Virus record (IMG/VR): IMGVR_UViG_3300042398_001156
Coordinates: 1-64,000 of that record
Origin: a virus
DNA length: 64,000 nucleotides
Strand: one strand, 5' to 3'
The position numbers and the translations under genes were made by a program. The notes beneath the pieces were generated by a model. The model was not told the origin of the DNA and did no database searches. It was given only the letters and a program-made list of their open reading frames with translations. This document shows, one piece after another, positions 1 through 9,841 of the stretch (its first letter is position 1; each line of letters starts with the position of its first letter).

Positions 1-64
1 TTTGGTTCCAGACGCCAGATAAAGCTGATCCTTTGTTTTTAAACGGCTTAGGTGCTTTCATCAT
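1..64 (-). CDS. Small protein, 3' end truncated by window edge (MMKAPKPFKNKGSALSGVWNQ...)
   Basis: ATG overlaps the TGA stop of the upstream gene (ATGA); frame open to position 1; not in the ORF track. Confidence 0.5.
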   Translation of the reverse strand, partial: MMKAPKPFKNKGSALSGVWNQ

Positions 65-234
65 TTGTATCCTCCACCTTTCTTTTTATATTCACGAGCT
101 AACAATTGTGCTTTACGTGCTGACCACTCACCAGGGTCACCACCCTTCGTACCACGTTTAATTTTATTAAATAAATTTTTACGCATGGTTGGCTTGGTGT
201 AATTACCAGCAGCGTTTACTTTTGATTTTACCAT
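61..234 (-). CDS. Small basic phage protein (DUF5872-like)
   Basis: YTKP..RK.LF..IK.G.KGG.PGEWSARKAQLLA.EYKK.GGGY pattern; likely start is the ATG at 234 overlapping the upstream stop rather than 252. Confidence 0.7.
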   Translation of the reverse strand: MVKSKVNAAGNYTKPTMRKNLFNKIKRGTKGGDPGEWSARKAQLLAREYKKKGGGYK

Positions 235-506
235 TTGACTTTGTCCGCCCAATACGCTGCAGACATTTTACCTTTAGCAATATTACTTGCGTGTCTTGCT
301 TTAAAGGCTTCTCGTCTTGCACGATAACTTGCAGACTCACCTTCTTTTTTAGGTGATCCACTTACACCTTGTTGACCGAATCGAATGGTCTTAACATCAT
401 CGCCAGACTTTGCCACAACCACGTGTGACTTGCTAGGATGGTTTGGTGTACGCTTAGGTTTGTTATAACCTGATACGCCAATACGATTAAGAATTGCTTT
501 TGACAT
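228..506 (-). CDS. Small basic phage protein (DUF5754-like)
   Basis: K.IRFGQQG...RR..FKARH...SAAYWA...KW pattern typical of this viral family; AGGAG RBS. Confidence 0.65.
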   Translation of the reverse strand: MSKAILNRIGVSGYNKPKRTPNHPSKSHVVVAKSGDDVKTIRFGQQGVSGSPKKEGESASYRARREAFKARHASNIAKGKMSAAYWADKVKW

Positions 507-507
507 G

Positions 508-801
508 TTATTCTCCTTTTAATAATATATCACGTTTATATTTTAATAACAAATTTCTAAACCAAACTGCTATGATAATGTTAAGAATCCAAAACGGTGT
601 AAAAGGCGCTAAAATAAAAGCGTATACTGCAGCAGCTGCAATATAACCGCGTTCATCTTGAAAAACAAATCCATATGCTAGTGGTAAAAACCACGGTAGT
701 GACGTAATAATGTTAGCAAAAATCCAACTGATCCAACCTTCTTTAGTAAGTAGGATTTCTTTGACTGCTTTTTTTGCTTTGGTTAAAAAATTATTCTTCA
801 T
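508..801 (-). CDS. Membrane protein (2-3 TM), possible holin-like
   Basis: Hydrophobic stretches flanked by basic termini; overlaps/abuts neighbours. Confidence 0.6.
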   Translation of the reverse strand: MKNNFLTKAKKAVKEILLTKEGWISWIFANIITSLPWFLPLAYGFVFQDERGYIAAAAVYAFILAPFTPFWILNIIIAVWFRNLLLKYKRDILLKGE

Positions 802-988
802 CAGCTATTTCTTCTTGAAGTGAATTTAATTCTTGACGCCAAGATCTTCGTAAAGAAATTAATTCTTTAAAGTCATAAGGCATTTCTTCTTCAAGTAATT
901 GTGCTTCATAACATTTAATAATTTTAAAATCAGTTTCAAAAAGAAATTGTTTTAAATCTCTAATTCTTGTTTCTAATTCTACGGTCAT
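791..988 (-). CDS. Putative tail fibre assembly chaperone
   Basis: TDFKIIKCYE...R..WR.E.N.L pattern, directly downstream of the tail fibre gene. Confidence 0.6.
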   Translation of the reverse strand: MTVELETRIRDLKQFLFETDFKIIKCYEAQLLEEEMPYDFKELISLRRSWRQELNSLQEEIADEE

Positions 989-989
989 A

Positions 990-3900
990 TTATGCTGCGA
1001 CCTCCTCTGCTCGGATTGAAATCATATCTACTGCACACGTACCACTTACAGCAGATGAACTAGAAATATAAAATGTTAATATTTTATTACTCGTGCCTGT
1101 GTAAAATAATGCTTTTAATCCCCAAGGTGTGGTTGTAATTGCTGACAAGGTTGCTGTTGCTGCAGTAAATCCACGAGCTGAATCACTTGTTGTAATAGCA
1201 CCGTTTGTATTTGAAACAGTATAAGCTGTTGCTGCGGAACCATTTAACCATTCAAAACGTCCGTTAATAGTAGGAGTTCCAGTCGTATTATCAACCGCAA
1301 TATTAATAACAGGCGCAGTGCTTCCTGATGTACTTGTTTTAGAGTACATACCAGTCACATCTAAATGGTAATATTTATTAGCTAGTAAAGTAATTGTTGT
1401 TACTGCTGTACGTGTAGTAACACCAGAAGTGCTGCTTGTCCCAGTTGCTTTATATTTAGTTATTGCTAAAGCAAACGAACTTGCTTGAATACCATCGACT
1501 GTATCTGCATCTAATCCAGATCCAGCACCGTCGTTACCAGCATCCCATATTGTATATTGGTCTGTATAATAACCTCTTTGTAAATTTTGAACTGAACCTC
1601 TTAAGTAAGGACCTGTAAAAGATTGAGCTGTATTAAATGTAATAGACCTACTTGTAGTTCCAGTATTTAAATCTATTGTCCCGCCTGCTAAAGATAGTTT
1701 TGCATCAAGAGATGTTTGAAGGTTAGTAACATCTGCAATTGCATGTGTATGTGAAGTAGCAGCAGCACCGACCATTGCTGCAGTAACACCACTGACAGTA
1801 CCAGTAAATGTAGGAGACGTAAACATGGTAGCTTTAGATTCATTTGTAACATTACCCAAACCTACATCAGTAGCAGTAGGTTTATTACCTGTATGATAAA
1901 TTGGATAATATGTATCGGTAATATAATCTCTAACAGCACTTAATTTATCATCATAGTCAGCAATACCCCAAGCACCGGAAGTATCATTACCACCACTAGA
2001 TGGATTAGCAATAAATCTTGGTGCATATATATCGCTGCTAAATGTTTTAACACCAGCAATTGTTTGATCACTTGTAAGTTTAACTACAGCATTATCATTT
2101 GCTTTTAATGCTAATGAGTTTGTAACTGTAGAGGCAAAGTTTGCATCGTCGCCTAATGCAGCCGCAAGTTCATCAAGTGTATCTAATGCACCTGGTGCTG
2201 AGTTAATTAAGTTAGCAACTGCTGTTGATACGAATGCGGTCGTAGCAATCTGTGTTGTATTTGTTCCAGCTGTAGCAGTAGGTGCAGTAGGTGTGCTTGT
2301 TAATGCAGCATTCGTAAACATTGTTACTTTAGATTCATTTGTTACGTTTCCTAAACCAACGTTACTTGCAGTTACAGATGACCAAGTTCCGTCGCCACGT
2401 AAGAACGTTGAATTACTTGGTGTACCTGATGCAGCGATGTCTGCAATTTGCACACCAAAGATATGCATTCTTGTTAAGATAATACCTTCAGTTGCATTAA
2501 CTTTCGTCACTGCGCCTACTTGTATCTTTGCATTGGTTCCAGTTGGTTCGGTTGCTGTCAAAGCACCTGCTGTTGATCCTGCACTTGCAAACCATAAGAT
2601 TGCGCCTTCCGTATAAGCATTCGTATTTACATTAGTTAATTCACCTTGTGTTAGAACATAACCAAAGTCATTCGTCGCAAGTGTTGCTTCTGCTAAACCA
2701 ACAAAGTAATCTGGGTTTGTATTGATTTCACTTGGCACTGCTGCTTTTATTAAGATATGGTCGCCTTGTACACCAGCAAATTGCACGGCTTGTCCTTTAG
2801 TAATCGCTGATTGTGCTTTACCATAAACGTATAAATACTTTAATTGTTCTTTGACTGCACTTGTTAATAAGAATGCTGAAGCGTGGTTGCCATCTAAAAG
2901 ATCAGCGTTTAAGTTTGTAACTGCTGTCGTCGAGGCAACTGTTAATGGAGCGGTACCTGTGGCTTGAGTGGAAATAAATCTGGTGGCTTTGGCGTTACCA
3001 ACAACTTCTAATTTTTCGCTAGGTGTAGTAGTTGCAATACCAACATTACCACCCGAACCTTGTAGAATAAGGTTTTTATAAGCAACCCCATCTTGAATAG
3101 CAAATATAGTTGCTGCGTCAAGTGCGTCATCAAAATCCATTGCTAATCGTTTAACTCCACCATCGCCAACTATATTAACTACTCCAACTATTCTTGCACC
3201 ACCAGCAACATCAAGTTTTGCAACAGGACTCGCTGTTCCAATACCAACATTAGCACCATTGATGGTCATTACATTTGTGCCATTTGCTTGTGTAAAGTTT
3301 AATCTATCAACCGTTTGTGGTCGAATAACCCCACCATTACCATCAGCGCCAAGTTGGATAGATGAACTTGCACCGCTAAATGTAGAAAGTATTCCATTAG
3401 AACCATTGACTTGTAATAGATGTGTGGGCGTGGTCGTGCCGATGCCGACGTTGCCGCTCGTGCCATTTACGTAGAACCTGTACACCGCGCTTTGGTTCCT
3501 GTAGTAGAACGTGTTGCCCTGGAGGTACACCCCGTCGTCTGACTTTATGTAGGTGTTGCCGTACTGGTCGTCCAAGTAAAACAAAGCCGTGCCCGCGGCG
3601 TTCGTAATACCTTTATCTACGTTATTAGCAAATAAAATATTATTGGTCATCGTCCCGCCGCTTAAAGGTAAGTAATTAGCAAACCGTGGATCACTACTAT
3701 TGATGACAGAAAAAGTAAATTCTTGATCGTCGCCGTTTCCTGCAACATTACTATATTTTGTAAAGACGATCATATCGCCGGCTTCTAAAGTAACTGGTGA
3801 TGTTGAGTCGCCTTCATCTCCTGGAGTTAATACGTGATATTGATATACTGGACCTAAAGTAGTTTGATCAGTCCAAGTTAAAGTTACTTCCGCTGCAGCT

Positions 3901-6461
3901 GTCCACATGTAACCATACATGTTTTCATAATCGCCACCTGATAAAGCTACTAATTGTGCAACTAAACCAGTAGAAGCTGCGCTTAATGAAACAGCACCGC
4001 TAATAGTACCTACTAAATAAAAACCACGACCTGCACCTGTAATAAAATCAGGTAAGTTCGCAACAGGAACTTTGCTAGTTGCATCAAGCGGAGCAACTCC
4101 GTTTGCTGCGTTACGTGCTGAAGTATTTATTTTTGCATCTAAACTTGTTTGTAAATTAGTTACATCTGCAATAGCATGTGTATGTGCATTAGGTGCAGCT
4201 GTAACTGTAATGTTAGCAGAACCATTAAAACTAACACCATTAATTGTTCTTGCTGTTTGTAATGTTGTAGCAGTAGCAACATTCTGAGAAGCAATGTTTG
4301 AAGAGTTAACAGCTTGAATTAATGTTATAGTAACTTTTTTAGATGCTACAGGTTCAGTAGCATTTGTTATTGAGGTTACTTTATTTGCTCTTAAACCAAC
4401 GGTTTCTGTTGCTGTAACTTTAACATCAAAAGAATTCCAATAAGTTAATCTTGGCCACCAAAATGCTACGTTGTTATTATAATTTAAAACTTTAATTGAT
4501 GTTATGGCAGAAGTCCCATAATTATAACCACCAGTATTGATAAACGTATCATTATAGTTATAACCTTCAGCAATAAAAAATATTGGATTTAATCCATAAC
4601 CTTTACCTATAACTTCAATAGTCCAAGAAGGTCCTGTAGATGCAGCAGCATCTAATGAGGTAACAACTAATGTTCCATCTGCAAAATCAGATTGAGAACC
4701 TAATGACATGATTTCACTTGTGTGTAAACTATCAACTCTATCTGCGTTAAGATTAGTAACTGCTGTATTAGAAGTAATAACAAATGGAGCAGTGCCTGTA
4801 GAAACTGGTATTTCTAATTGACCAGAAGTGTTAAAAGTTCCTCTTCTAGTTGTGTTTTGGACAATTTGTAGATTACCGCCTGAGTTAGTTGTTAAATCGT
4901 TTGGACTTTCATAGATTGCCCAAGCATTACCACCAGCCCACTGAATACCTTCACTTGGACCGGGATCAGTAATGACAATGTTATTAACACCAATAATAGA
5001 GTTATTACTTAAATCTAAAGCACCTATTACTCCTGCATTAGTCAAGTCTAAAGTACCAGAAATATTAACGTTACCTGTAAATGTTTTAGTTCCACTAATA
5101 GATTGGTCACCTGTTGTTTGAACTAAGCTACTACTATGTAAACCATCTACTAAGTCAGCGTCAAGTCCTGAAGCTGCACCATCATTACCTTCATTCCAAA
5201 TTTTACGCCAAGTAGATAAAGTTCCACCTACGTTTCTTCTAAGGTATAAATCATCTGTGTTAAACGCTGCAGCAATGTCTACGTAATAACCGGCAGCATT
5301 ACCGTGGTTCATTATTAAATGATGCCACCATTCATTTGTAGGGTTATTAGGAGCAGCTCCGTTTAAACCAGTACCACCAACACCACTTGTATCATTCCAT
5401 TGTAAACCGCTTAATCCGTAGGTAATAGTACCGCGTTCTGATAATACATCGTGTGTATGAACCGCTGCTGCAAAAGCGCTAGAGTGAAGTCCGTCAAGTA
5501 AGTCAGCGTTAAGATTAGTTACAGCAGTAGTAGACGTAACAGCTAACGGGGATGTGCCTGTAGCAATAGTAGATATTAAACGAGTCCCAGTTAAAGCAGC
5601 AGGGAAAGCAACGTTTGCATTTTCATCTGTAGAAAATACATTACGTTTACCAGCAGGATAACCACCCCATATTTGAAGTTTCTGAATAAAAATAGGTTGT
5701 GTTCCATAAGTAGGATCACCAGACCAAATTGGTTGAAAATCAATATGAACAATATCGTAATGTCCTGAAGAACTTCCGCCTGTTAAATAAGGAATGGTAC
5801 TAAAAGGTAAGTAAACGTGACCAGGCCATAAGTTAACAGTACTGCTGCTAGTAGCAAAATTTACAAAAGTTAAATCACTTCTACGACGTGCTTTAATTTT
5901 AACTGATGTTGCGTGAGAACTTGTGGTCATGTATAAATACAAAGCATTTAAAAATACATAGTTGCCATTATTAGTGATTTCAATACGATAGTATGGTGTT
6001 AAGTTAGGAATAGTTACACCACCGCCGTTATCACCACCTACTAACGTACGTTTTTGTCCGTCTGTTATAGTTGTAATTTCTGTCCAAGTTGTACCATCAG
6101 TAGAACTATAAAATTTTAATCTTGAAATATCATAAAACGCTGTTTGATTATAAAACTGTTCATCAAACAAAGCCATTTCTGTAACAGTAGGATTACCTAA
6201 GTTTCCTGTAGGAACTCCGTTAGCATTTTGATAATAACGATTAGCAAATAAATTATTATTAACTGTAAGCGCACCCGTCATCGTATCGCCAGTAATGTTT
6301 ACATAATTATCTACACCGGCAGGCACCGCCCACTGTCCATCTCCACGGAGAAAAGTAGTACCACTTGGAGTACCACTTGCAACAATTTGTGAAGTTGTTG
6401 TTTTAGGATACAACTCTTCAAAAGCTGTTCCGTTCCAACGTTTAAGAACTGTGTTCGGCAT
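990..6461 (-). CDS. Long tail fibre / receptor-binding protein (1823 aa)
   Basis: Thr/Gly/Ala-rich; fibre repeats (NLNADLLDG, GNDGA.SGLDAD, GNVGIGT..P, HTHAIADVTNLQ, APGALDTLDELAAALGDD, TQIATTAFV). Confidence 0.9.
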   Translation of the reverse strand: MPNTVLKRWNGTAFEELYPKTTTSQIVASGTPSGTTFLRGDGQWAVPAGVDNYVNITGDTMTGALTVNNNLFANRYYQNANGVPTGNLGNPTVTEMALFDEQFYNQTAFYDISRLKFYSSTDGTTWTEITTITDGQKRTLVGGDNGGGVTIPNLTPYYRIEITNNGNYVFLNALYLYMTTSSHATSVKIKARRRSDLTFVNFATSSSTVNLWPGHVYLPFSTIPYLTGGSSSGHYDIVHIDFQPIWSGDPTYGTQPIFIQKLQIWGGYPAGKRNVFSTDENANVAFPAALTGTRLISTIATGTSPLAVTSTTAVTNLNADLLDGLHSSAFAAAVHTHDVLSERGTITYGLSGLQWNDTSGVGGTGLNGAAPNNPTNEWWHHLIMNHGNAAGYYVDIAAAFNTDDLYLRRNVGGTLSTWRKIWNEGNDGAASGLDADLVDGLHSSSLVQTTGDQSISGTKTFTGNVNISGTLDLTNAGVIGALDLSNNSIIGVNNIVITDPGPSEGIQWAGGNAWAIYESPNDLTTNSGGNLQIVQNTTRRGTFNTSGQLEIPVSTGTAPFVITSNTAVTNLNADRVDSLHTSEIMSLGSQSDFADGTLVVTSLDAAASTGPSWTIEVIGKGYGLNPIFFIAEGYNYNDTFINTGGYNYGTSAITSIKVLNYNNNVAFWWPRLTYWNSFDVKVTATETVGLRANKVTSITNATEPVASKKVTITLIQAVNSSNIASQNVATATTLQTARTINGVSFNGSANITVTAAPNAHTHAIADVTNLQTSLDAKINTSARNAANGVAPLDATSKVPVANLPDFITGAGRGFYLVGTISGAVSLSAASTGLVAQLVALSGGDYENMYGYMWTAAAEVTLTWTDQTTLGPVYQYHVLTPGDEGDSTSPVTLEAGDMIVFTKYSNVAGNGDDQEFTFSVINSSDPRFANYLPLSGGTMTNNILFANNVDKGITNAAGTALFYLDDQYGNTYIKSDDGVYLQGNTFYYRNQSAVYRFYVNGTSGNVGIGTTTPTHLLQVNGSNGILSTFSGASSSIQLGADGNGGVIRPQTVDRLNFTQANGTNVMTINGANVGIGTASPVAKLDVAGGARIVGVVNIVGDGGVKRLAMDFDDALDAATIFAIQDGVAYKNLILQGSGGNVGIATTTPSEKLEVVGNAKATRFISTQATGTAPLTVASTTAVTNLNADLLDGNHASAFLLTSAVKEQLKYLYVYGKAQSAITKGQAVQFAGVQGDHILIKAAVPSEINTNPDYFVGLAEATLATNDFGYVLTQGELTNVNTNAYTEGAILWFASAGSTAGALTATEPTGTNAKIQVGAVTKVNATEGIILTRMHIFGVQIADIAASGTPSNSTFLRGDGTWSSVTASNVGLGNVTNESKVTMFTNAALTSTPTAPTATAGTNTTQIATTAFVSTAVANLINSAPGALDTLDELAAALGDDANFASTVTNSLALKANDNAVVKLTSDQTIAGVKTFSSDIYAPRFIANPSSGGNDTSGAWGIADYDDKLSAVRDYITDTYYPIYHTGNKPTATDVGLGNVTNESKATMFTSPTFTGTVSGVTAAMVGAAATSHTHAIADVTNLQTSLDAKLSLAGGTIDLNTGTTSRSITFNTAQSFTGPYLRGSVQNLQRGYYTDQYTIWDAGNDGAGSGLDADTVDGIQASSFALAITKYKATGTSSTSGVTTRTAVTTITLLANKYYHLDVTGMYSKTSTSGSTAPVINIAVDNTTGTPTINGRFEWLNGSAATAYTVSNTNGAITTSDSARGFTAATATLSAITTTPWGLKALFYTGTSNKILTFYISSSSAVSGTCAVDMISIRAEEVAA

Positions 6462-6477
6462 GGTAATAATACCAGCC

Positions 6478-7965
6478 TTATGTTATGTCATACCAAAGCG
6501 CGTTTGTAACAGTTGTAGTTGGAACTACAGTATTATTTTGAATATAAATAGGAGCAGCAAGTTCAATAATTGTACGAACGTTAGCTGCAGTTAGTTCTTC
6601 TGCATTACCAACACCTGCGCTTATTCTACCTAAGATTCTATTGGTTGCAGATATGTTTTGAAGTTTTGCATAAGTAACAGCGTCATCAGCAATACCTCCA
6701 GATTGTACTTGACCAAACGCTAAAGAAGTACTAGATACTCTAGTTAATACATGTCCGTCTGTTGCAGCAGTAACTTCAGCAAATACGCCAGCTGAGTTAA
6801 CTGATCGTCCAATAACTGATAAACCAGTAGCTGCTGAGCTTTGAATTTTAGCAAAAGTAACGGCAGCATCTGTAATACCTGCAGTTGCAATAGTTCCAAA
6901 TCCAAGAGTTGTCCCACTTCTTCTTAATACATCTCCATCAGTACCTGCAGCAACTTCAGCAAATGCGCCAGCTGAAGCAGCACTGCGTCCAATAACGGAT
7001 AAACCAGCAGCTACTGAGTTTTGAAATTTAGCAAAGGTAACAGCGTTATCAGCAATAGTCGTAGCGTTACTATTAGCACTCGCAGTCACATCACCGGTTA
7101 AAGCCGCTCTTTCAAAAGATGTACCGTTTAAAGTAATAGATGTACTACCTGTATATGTAGTATTAGTAGGAATAACCCACGTACCATCACCTCTTAAAAA
7201 GTGTAAGTTTTGTCCAGAAGAAGCACCAGGAACTAAACCTGAATACCCGGCTGTACTTGCACCAGCGCCGCCCATAAGTTCATAAGTGTTATTAATAACT
7301 GCAAAAGTAATGTTATATGGTGATGCAATAGAACCAACACCACTAACTTTACTAATAACAAACCAATCACCAATTTCTAAACCAACAGTTGTTACTGTAG
7401 TTCCAACTTCACGTTCTTCACCACTTGTGATGAATGTAGCAATTGAATAAGCAAAAGTTAAAGAAGCTGAGCCGTTTGCTGTAGGAGTAGCATTTATAGT
7501 GAAGTTAGTTCCGTTTTGGTCGATTGCTGTAATAGCAGAGTTACTTGGAATATTAGTTCCGCTAACAATCATACCGATGCGTAACTCGCTTGTATCTGCT
7601 GTTACTAAGATTCCACTAAGAGTAGTTAATGTGCAAGTTTTAGTATAGAGCGTTTCTATTGTTGCGGTTCCACTTGAAGTTAAATTTCCTGCAGTAGAAA
7701 CAACCCAGTAATAACCTAAGGAACTTCTGTACGCTACGTTAAGTGCGTCTTTAAGTGCATCTACTGCTCTTACTTTAGTAGCGCCAGGAGTACCGTTAGA
7801 AAAATAATATAAACTATCGAATACCGAATTTGGTAAATATGCTGGTCTGATCTTATCAAAAGAGTCAAATATACTTTCTGTATCACTTGCGTTTGTAATC
7901 AACTGAGCTTTTGTTTGGGGGAATTCTTTTACGAATTGCGACCCGTTCCAACGTTTAATAATCAT
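6478..7965 (-). CDS. Second tail fibre/spike-like protein (495 aa)
   Basis: Three I.D.AVT(F/Y)AK.Q....IGR repeats and FLRGDGTW; N-terminus similar to the 1823-aa fibre. Confidence 0.8.
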   Translation of the reverse strand: MIIKRWNGSQFVKEFPQTKAQLITNASDTESIFDSFDKIRPAYLPNSVFDSLYYFSNGTPGATKVRAVDALKDALNVAYRSSLGYYWVVSTAGNLTSSGTATIETLYTKTCTLTTLSGILVTADTSELRIGMIVSGTNIPSNSAITAIDQNGTNFTINATPTANGSASLTFAYSIATFITSGEEREVGTTVTTVGLEIGDWFVISKVSGVGSIASPYNITFAVINNTYELMGGAGASTAGYSGLVPGASSGQNLHFLRGDGTWVIPTNTTYTGSTSITLNGTSFERAALTGDVTASANSNATTIADNAVTFAKFQNSVAAGLSVIGRSAASAGAFAEVAAGTDGDVLRRSGTTLGFGTIATAGITDAAVTFAKIQSSAATGLSVIGRSVNSAGVFAEVTAATDGHVLTRVSSTSLAFGQVQSGGIADDAVTYAKLQNISATNRILGRISAGVGNAEELTAANVRTIIELAAPIYIQNNTVVPTTTVTNALWYDIT

Positions 7966-8420
7966 TTTTTATCTCCTCCATTAAACTCATTTATTTTTAC
8001 CGATAGATATTTTTCTATGGTTTGAGTATTTTTTACGAACACGCCAAGCATCTTCACTTGGTCTTGATAGGCAACAATATATTCATCAAACAATGTAGCA
8101 AGTTTATTTAAATCGGCTTTCATTGCTTCAATTTGTTTATTTTTTTCTTCAATGATTTTTATGTTTGCACCAAGTTCTGCTTGTAATTTTTCTTGGCGAT
8201 TTCTTACGCTGTGTTCATTAGCAGCAATTTCTTCACTACTTTTTTTAACAGATAAGATTTCTTTTCTAAGTGATACAACTTCTTCTTTTAATTGTGGAAG
8301 CAATGCATTTTCTGCTTCTAACAAAATAATTTTTTTAAAAAGTTCTTTTTCATTATTAACAAAGACGGAACTTTTTTCCATTGTTTCTTCTTTTAATTCA
8401 AGTTCTTTTTTAGTTGCCAT
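7962..8420 (-). CDS. Coiled-coil hypothetical protein
   Basis: E/K/L heptad-rich 152-aa ORF with GAGG RBS and its own promoter. Confidence 0.7.
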   Translation of the reverse strand: MATKKELELKEETMEKSSVFVNNEKELFKKIILLEAENALLPQLKEEVVSLRKEILSVKKSSEEIAANEHSVRNRQEKLQAELGANIKIIEEKNKQIEAMKADLNKLATLFDEYIVAYQDQVKMLGVFVKNTQTIEKYLSVKINEFNGGDKK

Positions 8421-8437
8421 AAATTCCTCACCTTTTT

Positions 8438-8448
8438 ATTGTATCACA
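8438..8448 (-). promoter_or_regulatory. Extended -10 promoter TGTGA-TACAAT
   Basis: TRTG-n-TAxAAT just upstream of the RBS of 7962..8420. Confidence 0.55.
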
Positions 8449-8451
8449 AAT

Positions 8452-8856
8452 TTAAAACTCAAACCAAATATCATTATTTTTATTATCGGTTGGTGTTGTA
8501 CTTGATACAACAACTTTATTAGCGGTCGTTGCTTTAAACTTTTCAATGTTTTCGTCGTAACGAATAAACTGTCCGTCTTGCAAGTTAGCAATATTAAATT
8601 GTTCAAGTATAGCTAAGAGTGTATTAATAACACCTTCATCTTCAAATTCATTAAGCCCAGTAGTAGCACTAGTATAAGTACCGAACAAAGCTTTATGTAA
8701 TTTTTCAAGATACTCGACGGTTACGTTAGCTTGAAGCTTAAGTGTATTAACAACTTGATTCCATTCTTGGATCGTTAAACTATTCGCGGCTTGTTTAACT
8801 TGTTCAACAATCCCGTTTCTAACTAATGTGGGTTTCTTTTCAAGAAAAACTGCCAT
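8452..8856 (-). CDS. Virion/tail-associated protein
   Basis: L.DGQ...YD....KF motif and C-terminal VVVSSTTP...DIWF motif typical of tail fibre adaptor segments. Confidence 0.55.
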   Translation of the reverse strand: MAVFLEKKPTLVRNGIVEQVKQAANSLTIQEWNQVVNTLKLQANVTVEYLEKLHKALFGTYTSATTGLNEFEDEGVINTLLAILEQFNIANLQDGQFIRYDENIEKFKATTANKVVVSSTTPTDNKNNDIWFEF

Positions 8857-8857
8857 G

Positions 8858-9325
8858 TTATTTGTTTACTACGCCTAACACGTAGCCTTTAGAAAGAAGG
8901 TACAGTTCTTTATACTTAATATGAAATGCATCAAACACACTAGCAACTGCCATACTTCCAAACAATACAATCACTGTTTCAAAGTATGATGTAAACGCTA
9001 CATCAATTGCATTTTCTATGACATACTTAAGTGTAAGACCTAGTGTAATTAACACAATAAACAATAATATCTTTGGGCTCGCTTTAACTAAACCTTTAAA
9101 TAGACTAGGTTCCCATGCGCTAACCCATTGTGGTATGTCTGACGCTAGTTTAATAATTCCTATGGTGCCTACAATAATCGTTGGCATGACAAGTCTACTG
9201 GAAACAGGCGCCTCAGTAAAACCTAACTTAATTGCAAAGTATGCAAAAGGTAAAAAATATCCTATTAAGAATCCAATCCAATAGTAAGTATTCTTTAAGT
9301 TTGCATAGTTAGGTGTGGTGCTCAT
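8858..9325 (-). CDS. Four-TM membrane protein (holin-like candidate)
   Basis: Four hydrophobic segments in 155 aa. Confidence 0.6.
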   Translation of the reverse strand: MSTTPNYANLKNTYYWIGFLIGYFLPFAYFAIKLGFTEAPVSSRLVMPTIIVGTIGIIKLASDIPQWVSAWEPSLFKGLVKASPKILLFIVLITLGLTLKYVIENAIDVAFTSYFETVIVLFGSMAVASVFDAFHIKYKELYLLSKGYVLGVVNK

Positions 9326-9825
9326 TACTTCGCTCCTACGTATTTACTTAATAAATCTCCCGCGGCTTTAACAACAGTCTCAACTGTTTGTGCAACCACT
9401 TCTTGGCTTACAACTGGTTTAGGTAATGCTGGTGTAACACCCGCACTTCCTTCAGAAACAACAGGCTTAACTGTCATTAACTTATTAAACTCTTCTTGCA
9501 AAGATAACTTATCTTCGATTGGAAGTTTAGATGCAATGACAATATAAGATAATGCCTTAAATGTAGTTAAGTTAACTTGTTCTAAGTAACGATCTTTAGC
9601 TTCTAATTCTTGGTGTCGCGATTCTAAAGCATTGTACTTTTGCGCAATGTCTTTGACTAACTGATTAGAGTTAGATAATTGACCTGTGCTTTGCGTACGT
9701 AATGCATTGAACTGCAAGATAGACTTAACTTGCACAACAATAAACGTTAGCAGTGTACCTACAGTCACACCACCTGCAATCGACACTCCCCAATACTCTT
9801 CTAAAAATTGAATAACTTGTTCCAT
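9325..9825 (-). CDS. N-terminal TM plus coiled-coil protein
   Basis: GVSIAGGVTVGTLLTFIVV anchor followed by a coiled coil; AGGAGG RBS. Confidence 0.6.
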   Translation of the reverse strand: MEQVIQFLEEYWGVSIAGGVTVGTLLTFIVVQVKSILQFNALRTQSTGQLSNSNQLVKDIAQKYNALESRHQELEAKDRYLEQVNLTTFKALSYIVIASKLPIEDKLSLQEEFNKLMTVKPVVSEGSAGVTPALPKPVVSQEVVAQTVETVVKAAGDLLSKYVGAK

Positions 9826-9841
9826 AAATTATTCCTCCTTT

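Noticed and set aside
990-6461. Diversity-generating retroelement acting on the tail fibre
   Set aside because: No reverse transcriptase and no template/variable repeat pair with adenine-specific mismatches seen in the window
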